Part shown: positions 12,101-22,919 of the stretch, one piece after another
How positions within the stretch are numbered: the first letter of the stretch is position 1
Layout: each line of letters begins with the position of its first letter
Assembly (NCBI GenBank): GCA_025594325.1
Contig: JANHCV010000001.1
Span: 558,001 to 622,000, forward strand
Origin: Blastocladiella emersonii ATCC 22665
Taxonomy: Eukaryota > Fungi > Blastocladiomycota
Direction of reading: 5' to 3'
Length of the DNA stretch: 64,000 nt
Position numbers and translations under genes: made by a program
The notes under the pieces: generated by a model
What the model saw: the letters and a program-made list of their open reading frames with translations, nothing else
Databases searched by the model: none
Told to the model about the DNA's origin: nothing

Positions 12101-13475
12101 CTGCGGGACCGATGATGGCGGCTTGGCCTCGTGCGCGAGCAGCGTGCCCGTCTGCGACTGCGGCGGCGACAGGAGCCCGCGCGAAGTCGCGACGGACGCC
12201 GGCGCGGTCCCGATCCGCGGCGGCGTGTCGGAGGTCGGCGGCGGCGAGACAGCGATGGCGCGCGGGGGCGATGGCGGGTTGTTGTTCCCGGCGGTGCTCG
12301 ACGGCGAGGGGGAGGAAGCAGGGAACGCGTCGTCGGCGGCGGGCTGGAACGCGTTACGGACCACGGCGACGAGCGTCGACATGCTGCCGCGGATCCCGTG
12401 CGACGGCGTCGCGGTCCCGCTCGTCAGGCCGCCCCCGCGGCCGCCGCCCCCACCGTGCGCCTGCGCGGGCGGGACGCCGAGGGTCGACGACGCGTGGTAG
12501 TGGTGCGGCGGGGTGTCCGACGTCCCCGGCACGTTGAGCCCGAGCGAGCTGACCTGCACCGCGGGCGACTGCTGCTGCTGGATCTGCATCTGCGGCGCGC
12601 CTCCATCGAGCGCGAGGCGGGACCCCCGCAGCGGTTCGTTCCCCGTTCCCGCAGAATCGGGCGACAGCGGGCCGAGATGGAGCACCGACGCGCCACCAGT
12701 CCCGCCGGACAGCATGCGCGACGACGAGATGTTGCCCATGAAGTGGTCGACCATGAGGTACCCCGAGCTGTGGCGGAACTGGTCGGTGCTGTCCTCGTGC
12801 GAGCCATGGGCGACGTCGATGTCGCCCGACGCGAGGTGCGAGTCGGACGCGGACGTCGAGCTCGACGAGTGCACCATGACGCGCGGGCTGAACCCGGCGT
12901 CGAGCGCCGACGCGTGCGACGCTGCGCGCGCGCCCAGGCCGGCGACGGCGGGAGAGCGGACGGCAAGGCCCGTCGCGGGGGGCAGGGTGAGGATCGGGGC
13001 CGCGGCGAGCGACGGGCGCGGGCCCGCGGGGTACGCGGCGGCCTCGGAGCCCGGCTCGCGGACGAGCGGGACGGGTGGTGCGGAGGCGGTGCGGCCGGTT
13101 CGTGTCACTAGACATGAACGATCCGTCAGCACACATCGTCGGCGCGGTGAGAGCGCCATCCGTACCGTTGGGTATAGACATGCGCGCAATCGGCTGCGAG
13201 ATGCCGTCAATCGAGACGGTGATAGCCGTCGGGCGCGCGGGCGGCGGCGGCAGGCTGGCGGGGATATCGCAGCTCGACCCGGTACTCGCCTCGCGCCACT
13301 GCATGAGTCCCTGCAACTTCTCGGGGCCGAGGCGGCCGAGCCGGTCCTGGCTGTCGAAGGTATCGCTCTCGGCATCCTGGCTGCTTCGGTTAAGCCGGTC
13401 GTGCGACTCGTCGTCCTCGTCCGACTCGTCGAGCCGCGCGTAGGCGCCGCGCTGCGCGGCCTTGGATGGATCCAT
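9165..13475 (-). CDS. Cyclic nucleotide-binding, six-TM cation channel-like protein (CNG/KCNH-like), multi-exon
   Basis: S4-like YLRMLRLLRTGR; S6 AAAVLYGSIFGNLASIV; C-linker QLPPALQLKI..ELPKPIRVDV; cNMP domain KAGDAGAEMYFIRKGSVEI..GSFFGEFALF..RTATAR. About 10 short introns with GTACG/CTGAC/TAG signals (e.g. 13108-13165). Confidence 0.85.
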
Positions 13476-13901
13476 TCGAGTTCTTAATGCATGTAGTCTT
13501 CAGTTCGTTACTAGGCGGGAGAGAAAGGAGAGGGAGGAGGAGCATGTGTAGGCGAGTGCGGCACGCGCCGCGCGCTTGTCTCCCTTCGCGTCGTCTTGGC
13601 GCGGAGAGCGCGCCCTTGGGGGAATGCCGCTGGCAGAGCGCGCGCGGGCGCGTGGTTCCGCCGCGGGACGCTCCGATATTCCATGCGTGCTGGTAGAAAT
13701 CTGCGAAACAAGGGACGTTGGCGCGAGGAGAGGAGGCGACGCGTCGCGCCACTGCCACGCGGCGGGTGCGAGACGCGCGTGAGAGACTTTTTGGCACCGG
13801 GCGAAGTGTATCGCTCGCTTCCAACATTGATCACTATCAGGGGACACCCGAAGTCGCGGCCCAGGTATAGTCGTATTTTACACACACACGCAAAACTGCC
13901 G

Positions 13902-15638
13902 TCAGTGCGACGGCGCGCCGCCCGCGGGCGTCTCCTCGTTGAGCCCGTTGAGCACCTTGTTGAGGGCCCACCCGCCGACCGACTTGACAGCACCAGACGC
14001 TCCGCCGACCGACTGCGCGACGCTGGCGACGGTCGACACCGTGTTGAGCAGGGTGCCGAGGTCGTCGGGGAGCCCGAGCGCGGCGGGCAGAGACGCGGCG
14101 GACCCGGGGCCCGTTGCGTACGGGTACGACGGGTACGGGTACGGCGGAGGCTGCTGCTGGTAGTACGCGCCGGCGACCACCTGCTGCTGCGGGGGAGGCA
14201 CGGCGCCAGCGTACATGGACAGGGGGCGCGGGGTGTAGGGCACGGGCACGGGACCGGCAGCAGCAGCGGAGGTCGAGGAGGTGGTAGAGGCTGGTGGTGC
14301 GGCGAACATGGACATGGGCCGCGGGGTCGGGGTAGTGGACCGCGGGACGGCCGAGTTACGCAGGAGCTGCAGGTCGGGCGACGCCGAGGGCGAGCTGCGC
14401 GCCGACGTCGAGCCCGCGTCCGTGCCAGTCGCAGCAGCGCCCGTGGTGGAGAGCGAGGAGCCGTAGCCGCGCAGATGAGGCTGCGACGCGGCGACGCGGA
14501 GGGTCTTCGCGGGTTGCTGCGAGGTGGTGGCGGGGGCAGAGGTTGGAGAGGCGGTGGAGCCCGAGAGCGACAGACTGGCGACCGAGGCAGCGCGGCGGAG
14601 CACGGCGCCGGCGGCCGAAGCGACCATGCCCTGCACACCACCACCGCCACTGCTACCCGAGTCGGCCCCGCCGCTGGCCGCGCCCGACGAGGTGGACGAG
14701 GTGCGGACCGAGCCCGAGATGGCGCTGTACTCGCTGCGCGTGTCGTCGAGCGGGACCGTGGCGCTGGCGCCGTGCTCGCTCGCGGTGTCAATGACGACGC
14801 GGGGCGGCGTGGAACGAGATACTGGCTCGTCGGCGTCCTCGAACTGCGGAGCAGCGGCGGCAGCGTCCTCGTCCTCCTCGTGCAGGGCCGAGTTGACAAT
14901 GGAGCCGAGCAGGGGCATGCCGCCGACGCGGTCGCGGACCTGGTAGGCGCGGTCGAGCTTGGAGATGGTGTCGCCGGCGCCCGTGAGCGAGAAGGCGGTC
15001 TTGAGGGCCGAGCCCACAAACCCGGCGGCGCGCTCGGCGGTGCCCGTGCGGTTCGCGGCGGGGGTGCCCGAGCGCGACTGCGCGTCGTCGCCGGCGGCCG
15101 CCGCCATCTCGTCGTCCTCCTCCTCCTCATCGTCACCGAGGTCAGGCACAGCGAAGGTGGTGGCGGGGTCGAGCCCGGCGGCGACACACCACTTGACGCG
15201 GGCGTCGTCGAACGCGGCCTGGGCAGCGGCGCGGCGGGCGTCGCGGGCGTCGATGCGGGTGGCGAGGTGGTCGAGGCGCAGGCGCTCCTCGTCGAGGTAG
15301 CGAGCGTAGCTGGCGAGGTGGTCGCGCGCGGCCATGAGGTGCTGGGCCTCGGTCTGCAGGCGGGCCTGGCGCAGGCGCAGCTGCTCCCACAGCTGCAGCG
15401 TCTGCAGCGACATGGAGAGCGTGCGCGAGATCTGGTCGTGCGCGTTGGCGAACCACGCCTCGTCGTCCACGTCGACGGCGGGCGGCTCGAGCGACGCAGA
15501 GTACGGGTCGAGGCTCACCGAGGGTGCGCTGCCGGCGGGCTGCGATGATGACGAGGATGGCGGCTGCCCGGCGGCCGCGCCGGTCGGTAGTGGGGCGGCG
15601 GCGGCGGAGGCGTCGGTGCCGCGGCGAAGAAAGTTCAT
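13902..15638 (-). CDS. Hypothetical 578-aa protein with a coiled-coil segment and low-complexity Ser/Ala/Pro regions
   Basis: Uninterrupted ATG-started ORF with host-like C/G-ending codons; no domain recognised. Confidence 0.65.
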   Translation of the reverse strand: MNFLRRGTDASAAAAPLPTGAAAGQPPSSSSSQPAGSAPSVSLDPYSASLEPPAVDVDDEAWFANAHDQISRTLSMSLQTLQLWEQLRLRQARLQTEAQHLMAARDHLASYARYLDEERLRLDHLATRIDARDARRAAAQAAFDDARVKWCVAAGLDPATTFAVPDLGDDEEEEDDEMAAAAGDDAQSRSGTPAANRTGTAERAAGFVGSALKTAFSLTGAGDTISKLDRAYQVRDRVGGMPLLGSIVNSALHEEDEDAAAAAPQFEDADEPVSRSTPPRVVIDTASEHGASATVPLDDTRSEYSAISGSVRTSSTSSGAASGGADSGSSGGGGVQGMVASAAGAVLRRAASVASLSLSGSTASPTSAPATTSQQPAKTLRVAASQPHLRGYGSSLSTTGAAATGTDAGSTSARSSPSASPDLQLLRNSAVPRSTTPTPRPMSMFAAPPASTTSSTSAAAAGPVPVPYTPRPLSMYAGAVPPPQQQVVAGAYYQQQPPPYPYPSYPYATGPGSAASLPAALGLPDDLGTLLNTVSTVASVAQSVGGASGAVKSVGGWALNKVLNGLNEETPAGGAPSH

Positions 15639-16203
15639 GGTGGGTGCGCAAAGTCTAGTGGCGGCAAGTATACATGGAGAGCGAGTGTTGGGTTGTGGGA
15701 GAGGAAGGAGGCGGCGGGCGGCTAGGGAGCTTTATGGTCGAGCTTCCCCAGCCGCCACGTTGCCGTCGCCGTTGCTGCCCACGCCCACGCCGACACGGAA
15801 TGACGTCGCCGTCGCCGTGGTCGGTCGCTGTCATGGCCGACCGTTTCATCGCAAGCGGCCGGCGTAGTGCTGTGGGAACTTTCACGTGGGGGGGGGGGCG
15901 CTGTTGCGCTTTCAAACGGGGACCGGCCCCAGGTGGCATCACTGTGGCGCCGCGTTCGCCCGCCCTTCTGGAGCGGGAGAGCCGGCGCACGTGGGCGTGG
16001 CGTGCTCACCCGGGTCCCTGGCAACGGTCACGCGGCGGTGGCGTGCGCAAACACGACCAGCTGCGAATGAGTCGGTGTGCGGCGCGGTCGCGCAGGGGGC
16101 CAAGGCGCTGCGCCGCCCCTCGCCTTCTCCCAGTCTGATCCGGTTCCTCCCTCGCCTGGCCCAACCCGCAGACACCACCACGAATCCCGCAACCACAACC
16201 ACC

Positions 16204-19200
16204 ATGGCGCCCGACACCACCATCCTCATGCTCGTCTCGTTCGTGCAGAGCGCGCTCCGCTCGCGCGCGCAGGGCAGCTCCGAGGGCCTCGACGACATCC
16301 TCGCCGAGCTCGCGCGCCTCGCGCAGGACCCGGCGCCTGAATCGTCGGCGCGCCTCGTCGGCTGGCTCACCGCCATCAACCAGTCCGTGTCCAGCATCTC
16401 GCGCCACGACGCGCGCCTCGTCGACGCCCTGCTCGCCCTGCCGTGGCTCTCGCGCGACGACCACCTCGCCGCCGCCGGCCGCCACCTCATCGAGAACCTC
16501 GCCTCGGCGCAGCCACACTACGCCGTCCCCATTGTCCGCTCGCTCATCAAGGCCATCCACTTCCGTACGTGTTGCGCTGCTGCTGCCTCCCGCTGTCGCT
16601 GTCCCCCGCTCGCTCGCTCCCCACCCACTCGCCTTGGACGACGCCCTCGCTTGCTCTCGCTCGTGCCCGATGACGACGACAACCTTGGATTTGACGGATG
16701 AATTGGCTGGTGGTGATGGCGATCGCCTGGATTCGGCGACGGAGGATGATGGATCGATGGACGACGATGACGATGACGATAATGGATGGACTGGGATGCC
16801 CGCACACGCGCTGTTCTCCTTGTACATGTGGCCCGGCCCCCTCGTCCAGTGGACGCTGGGATCTCGGCGTGGGTCCGCGCTCTCTCCCCGAGGCGCTGTA
16901 CATTGCTCATCTGGGATGCGGCGCAACTGCGAGCGACCGCGTCCCGGAACTACTGACCTACCCCTCTCCTTGTATGACCGCCTTCTGCTGCGCTCGCCGC
17001 GCGCGCGATACCCGCAATACGCGCTCTTTTGAACTTTCTCGCGGCTGGCGGGCGTGTGGCCGGTTGCCGGACCTTGCGCGCTGGGCTTCTACTACCACTC
17101 GCGTGCTCCTCGGTGCAGTCCGATCGTGGTTTTTGGGCAGCCCGCGCCGCGGCTCGTCATGGGTCGCGGCGCACCCGGGTCCCCTTCCCCTCGATGCTCG
17201 GCATGCGCGTGTGCCTGAGCCTTCTCTACCGGACCTAGGAGGAGCACCGCACCTCGCCCTGCTCGCTACACGTCCTGACGTGCGCGCGCAAGCAACTCCA
17301 CATGCGACTGCGCCACCCGCCCCACGCCTCCGCCCACCATGTTCCGCTGCTGCTGCTGCTGCCGCCGGTGCTGCTGGTATTCGCCTCGCACCGCTGTACG
17401 CACGCACGCACGCACGCGTTCATGCAAACTGCTGATGTTCTGCCTCACGCTCGCGCACGCGCTCGGCTCGGTCGTCGTGTACACTAATCTGACGCGCTCC
17501 CGCACACACGCCCTCTGTGGCCTCTCCCGCACTGTTTTTTTTTCACTCTTGATGATGTACGAACCTGCACTGGTACTGCTTGGGGTACCCGTGCCGTTCT
17601 TTTTTTTACCCTCCTATACTACTGCCTCTACTGGTCGCCGTGTCGTGTCGTGCTCGCTGCTGCGCCGCGTTGTGGCCGTCGCCGCCATTGGCTCGCGGTT
17701 GGTCCGGCTCTGGGCTGACTCGTCTCACTCACCGTGGTGCTCTCCTTCGCTCTTGCACGTGCTGATTTGTCGTCATGGTCCCGACCTCGCACCCGCCGCG
17801 GCGATCCTCCCCGCCTCAGTGCCGCCGTGCACGGCCCGATCGACGGAGATCGAGGCTGGAGATCCACCCGCGCGGCGTGTTCGAGCGGGGCCATCAGTCG
17901 GCGCGCAGCGAGGGCGCCCACGCGTGCGATTCGATGCCGCTCTGCCTCCTCGGCACCCAGAGCTCGGTTTACAGCGTTGGGATGTCGCTTCATCCAACGC
18001 CCCGACCGCGCGACCATGGCCACGGCCTCGGCCCGCGTGCGCTACTCGCCGGCCGACCGACCGACTACACCACCCTACCGGCTTCAGCCTCTTGCCGCTT
18101 CTCTCGCGCCAGTCGTCGCACGACGTGTACTCGTCCTCGTTCCGCGGCGTTTGTCTCTTCAGCGCCGCGGAGGGGATCTGGGTACCGCGCGGCGACAGGC
18201 GCCCGTTGGAAACTTGTTTGGAATTGACGGACTGGTTCTCCCTCGCTCGAGTTGACGCTGCTGGCTCTCGCTGCTCGCCTTCCCTGCCCTACCCTCCCTA
18301 CCTCGACAACTACCCCACCCTCCTCCCCACGGCCGCGCACGCAGCCCGACTGACCCTCTCCCCCCGAATCCAGGCCGTCTGCCTTCGACCGAGTCGATCC
18401 CCGAGGACGTGTACTACCACCGGCTGCACACGACGCTCAGCAGCGTGCTCGCCATCAACCCGGCCGGCCCGTCGTTCGTGATGCCGCTGCTGGCGTCCGA
18501 GTTCCCGCACCGACGACTGCCCCTGCCCGAGCAGCAGGCTTACGTCGACAACCTCCTGCGCATCCTCTCGTACGCGCCCGTGCTCCGCGAGCAGGTGTTC
18601 TCGCTCATCGTCGACCGTATCGTGCAAATCGACGTACGTTTATTTCGGGGCTTCGGTTTTGATCGGGGCAAGCGCTCACCTCTTCGCGCGCACGCGTCAA
18701 CAGATCGAGCTCCAGGTCGACGTCGACGACCTCACGGGCAACCCCGACGACGCCCAGTTCCTGTTCGAAATGGACGGCATCTCGCCCGATGGTCTGCCTG
18801 ACGCTGGAGCCGCCAACGCGTCCGACTCGCTCGACGCCGCCGGCGTGGCCGCCAACGGGTCCAGCAATCCACACGGCGACGGGGGTGATGATGATGACGG
18901 CGACAGCAGCGACGACGAGAGCGACGCGGGCGGTCCGATCGCGACCAACCTGTCGGCCGAGGCGCTCATGTTCAAGCTCGACACGCTCCTGTACGTGCTG
19001 CTGACGCACGTGAACAGCCCGGCGGCGACGCAGCACTGCACGCGCGACGAGCTGTTCGCGATGCTGCTGCGCATCTTCGGCGACGTGATCCTGCCGACGC
19101 ACAAGTCGCGGCACACGCAGTTCCTCGTGTTCCACCTGGCCGGCCAGGCGCCGCAGTACATTGACGCGTTCATGGGCCTGCTCGTGCGCAAGGCCGTGTC

Positions 19201-20305
19201 GCCGTCGGAGCCGCCGGTGATTCGCGTGGCGTCGGCGCTGTACGTGGCGTCGTTCATCGCGCGCGCGAGCTACCTGCAGCCGTCGGACGTGATCAAGTGC
19301 TTCACGTTCCTCGCGCAGTGGTGCGCGACGTACGTGGCGCAGCACGAGCACGACGTGGCGTACCCGGACGTGGACCGGTTCGCCGTCTTCTACGCGGTCG
19401 CGCAGGCCGTCCTGTACATGTTCTGCTACCGGTGGCGCGAGCTCGTGGCGCACCTCGGCCCGCACGGCGGCCTGCACGGGTTCGAGTCGGTGATCCTGTC
19501 CAAGTTCAACCCGCTCAAGGTCCTCCCCGCACCCATCGTCGCCGAGTTCGCCCGCCTCACCCACGAGCTCGACATCATGTACTGCTACGCCGTCATCCAG
19601 CGCAACAAGCGCGTCTACATCCCGACCAAGCCCGTCATGCAGCTCGGGCCCGGCCACGCCGCCGCCCCGCCCGCCGCGTCCGCCCTCGACGGTGTCTTCC
19701 CCTTCGACCCGTGCAAGCTCCCCATGACCTCGACCTTCATCGACCCCATCTACCGCCTGTGGTCCGACACGGGCGCGCACCCGTCGGTCGCCGCGTCGCC
19801 CGACGTGCCCGCCGCCGAGCTCGCGGCACCGCACGATCCGGCGTCGCCGCCATCCCCGCCCATGCCGTTCGCGCACCACGGCGACCTCGCGACCGCGCCC
19901 AACAGCCGCAACGCGAGCTCGACGGGTACCTCGCGCCGGCGACTCGCCCCCGATACCGGCGGTGCCGGCGGCGCCGTCGACGGCGCCCAGGTCGCGCAGC
20001 AGCTGCTCTCGGTGGTCGGGTCCGGCTCGTCGCCCGCGTCCCCGCGCGCGATCCCCGTCCCGATCCGCGGCGGGTCCACGTCGCCGCGCGGCAGCGGCAG
20101 CCACCTCCGCGCCACCACCGTGTCGCCGAGCGCGGGCCGCGGCTCGTTCGCCATGTCGGTCGACGACGAGGACGGGTCCAGCAGCAACGGCGGGATGATG
20201 TACGACCCGTCGCTCGTGGTGTCGGGCATGGAGGCCATGAGCATCTCGCCCATGGCGCAGAGCAGCGTGCTGATGAACCAGCTCGGCATGGCCGTGCGCC
20301 AGTGA
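16204..20305 (+). CDS. RRN3: RNA polymerase I transcription initiation factor RRN3 (TIF-IA)
   Basis: Motifs LASEFPH, LIVDRIVQID|IELQ, FKLDTLL, ILPTHKSRHTQFLVF, FYAVAQAVLYMFCYRW, FNPLKV, FPFDPCKLP. Introns 16565-18373 and 18634-18703. Confidence 0.9.
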
Positions 20306-20338
20306 AAAGTTAAGTATCACCCAAAAAATATATCAAAA

Positions 20339-22606
20339 TCAGATCGAACACACGTTGTTGTCGCAGTACCGCTCCATCTCTGGATCCGTCCCGCCCGCGG
20401 CCCTCGATACCGCGCGGCTCAGCGCAGCGTTCCCGCCGAGCTGCGCGACCATCCTCGCGTACGTCTCCTCGTCAATCGCCTCGTACGGCATCTGCGCGTA
20501 GGCCCCCGCCTCGACGCGCGGCAGGAACGACACGCCCTTGAGCTGGTACTGGTAGAAGTCGAGCGCGCGGTGCAGGTGCGGGCCCTCGGTCGCCGGGTCG
20601 AACGTCACGGTGCAGCTCACCTGGTTGTCGCTCCAGTGCCGCTGCAGGAACGCCGCGAGCGCGAGCTGCTCCCACATCGACACCTCGGACAGCGGGCGCA
20701 CGTCGCCGCCGAAATCGATCGGGAACGTCGCGACCACCGTCGAGTCCTCGGACCCGACCGCCGGCTCGACGTGGTACCCGGCGTCCCGCAGCGCGGCGAC
20801 GAGCGGCGAGGTGCGCGCGAGGCGCACGCGCCGCAGGCAGTACCGCGACTCGGGGAAGTGCATCCCCGGCGTCGCGCCCGCGAGCAGGCTGACGGTGCCC
20901 GACGGCTTGACGGTAGTCGTCTTGATGGACCGCGGGATCGCGAGCCAGTCGGAGACGGCGGCGTCGGCGGCCGCGACCTCCTTGTACCCGCGGTCGCACC
21001 AGTCGCGCAGCGTGTCGATGCCGCGCGCCGCGACGAACTGCGCGACGCCCGAGATGCTGCACCCGATGCGCCGGTTGCGCAGCATGACGCGGTTCGACCG
21101 CGGCCAATGGGTGCGCGCGAGGGTCACGGTTTTCGCGTACAGGTGCGCGAGGCGCAGGGTCTCGGCAAAGTCGGCGTAGTCGGCGTGGTTGTGCGGGAAC
21201 GTCTCGACGAGGCAGCACAGCTCGTAGCTCTCGAGCGTCTGCTCGAGACACGGGTTGCCGCCGCTCGCCTTGGCGTCGCGGTGGTCGGGCGCGTCGGCCA
21301 TGCGCCCGTACGCGCGCGCGTTGTCGAGCCAGAAGAAGCCCGGCTCGCCATTCACGCGCACGCGCGCCGCGAGCGGCGCGTAGTCGGTGTGCCCGACGGT
21401 GCAGAACACCGAGTTGTTGGACGTCCACCCGTACGCGGCGCGGTGCGGGTTCTTGGCGTAGTCCTTGAGGTCCACGAAACTCGCGTCGTCGGCGTCGCCG
21501 AACGCGATCTCGGCCGTCCGGCGCACGTTGCCGGCGACCACGCACTTGCCGATCAGGTTCATGATGTCCACGATGGTCGTCGACGACAGCGGCGCGCCGC
21601 GGTTCGCGTCAAGGACCCCGCGCACGGCCACGTGCAGGTCGCGCAGCACGTCGGGCCCCGAGGCGACGCCGCCGAACCCCTTGATCGGCGTGCCCGCGGG
21701 CCGGATCTTCGTGTAGTCGAAGACGATGGGCGCGCGGCGGCCGCCGTCAAAGTAGCTCTCGATGAGGAACCCGAGCGACGCGACCCAGCCCTCGCGCGAG
21801 TCCGGGATCGCAAAGGTCGCGGGCGGCTTCGCGGTGCTGGGCCCGTGCACGACCGATTTTTTCGAGCCGTTGGCGCCCTTGGTGTCGAACCCGACGCCGA
21901 CGCCCAGCATGCTCGCGTCCATGAGGAACGTGAGCGGGTCCGACATGGCGTTGCCCGCGTCCCACATGTCGGCGGTCGAGACGAAGGCGCAGTTGTTGAG
22001 GGCGGCGAACAGCCCGCGCTTCTCGGTGATGGGCGACCCCATGGCCCACAGGCCGCGGCCGGGCGGCAGGAACTTCATCTTGAAGATGCGGTCGTACATC
22101 TTCTGCGCGGTGGCCTGCGCCTTGCGCGCGTCCCACCCGAGATGGTGCGCCTCGATCCACCGCTTCTGCAGGTTGAAGGTCCCGTTGACGACGCGCGCCA
22201 CCGTCTCGTGCCACGTCTCGTTCCCGCCGTCGGGCGTCAGCCGCGAGTACGTCCGCAGGTACACGAGCTCGCCCAGCCCGTTGAACCCGAACGGCGGCGC
22301 CACGTCGCGGTACTTGGCCAGAAACGTCTCGGTCAGGCGGAAGTCGGGCGACGTCGACGCGCGTAGGTGGAAGTCGGCGACGAGTGCCGGCTCGGTGTTG
22401 GGCAGGAGCGCCGCAGCCGACCGCGCGGGTTTCGGCGGGAACGCGATGCTGCGCGTCGTCGGCTTGCCGCTCTCGGGAGCGGCGGGCGGCTCGGCCGCGG
22501 GCGTCGACGACGTCCACCTCGCGGTACTCGCAGCGGGTGGCGCAGCGAGCCGGCGGAGCGCCGCTGCCCGCGCCGGCGCGGAAGTCAAGCGGATGGCGCG
22601 AATCAT
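20339..22606 (-). CDS. nrdJ: Class II (adenosylcobalamin-dependent) monomeric ribonucleoside-triphosphate reductase, with N-terminal extension
   Basis: Intronless 755 aa. LNNCAF, GNPCLEQ (thiyl-radical Cys), ELCCL, TTVKPSGT and C-terminal CDNNVC correspond to the catalytic cysteines of Lactobacillus-type RTPR. Confidence 0.93.
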   Translation of the reverse strand: MIRAIRLTSAPARAAALRRLAAPPAASTARWTSSTPAAEPPAAPESGKPTTRSIAFPPKPARSAAALLPNTEPALVADFHLRASTSPDFRLTETFLAKYRDVAPPFGFNGLGELVYLRTYSRLTPDGGNETWHETVARVVNGTFNLQKRWIEAHHLGWDARKAQATAQKMYDRIFKMKFLPPGRGLWAMGSPITEKRGLFAALNNCAFVSTADMWDAGNAMSDPLTFLMDASMLGVGVGFDTKGANGSKKSVVHGPSTAKPPATFAIPDSREGWVASLGFLIESYFDGGRRAPIVFDYTKIRPAGTPIKGFGGVASGPDVLRDLHVAVRGVLDANRGAPLSSTTIVDIMNLIGKCVVAGNVRRTAEIAFGDADDASFVDLKDYAKNPHRAAYGWTSNNSVFCTVGHTDYAPLAARVRVNGEPGFFWLDNARAYGRMADAPDHRDAKASGGNPCLEQTLESYELCCLVETFPHNHADYADFAETLRLAHLYAKTVTLARTHWPRSNRVMLRNRRIGCSISGVAQFVAARGIDTLRDWCDRGYKEVAAADAAVSDWLAIPRSIKTTTVKPSGTVSLLAGATPGMHFPESRYCLRRVRLARTSPLVAALRDAGYHVEPAVGSEDSTVVATFPIDFGGDVRPLSEVSMWEQLALAAFLQRHWSDNQVSCTVTFDPATEGPHLHRALDFYQYQLKGVSFLPRVEAGAYAQMPYEAIDEETYARMVAQLGGNAALSRAVSRAAGGTDPEMERYCDNNVCSI

Positions 22607-22919
22607 GGTGTCGATGCGTTGCGAGAGATGCGATTTATTCGAGTGCGTAGTTGTGGTGTCTCAGTCCGCGAAGAGAGGGCGAGGACTCTCCGCGGTCACT
22701 CCGCACGGGTTGCGCGGAGGTCTCGCAAGGATCCGCGCCCGCGCGAGCGAGCCAAGCCACAATGGCCTGAGACACGCGTCAATCGGCCGTCACGTGGCAA
22801 GCACGCGTGTCTCGCAGCGAGACGCGTCGCGTCGTGCTCGGCCGCTCGGGTCGGCTCGGTGCTGAATCTAGCTTGTGCGGAACCGTAACGATGTCCGACT
22901 CCATGAAACGCACCACGCC

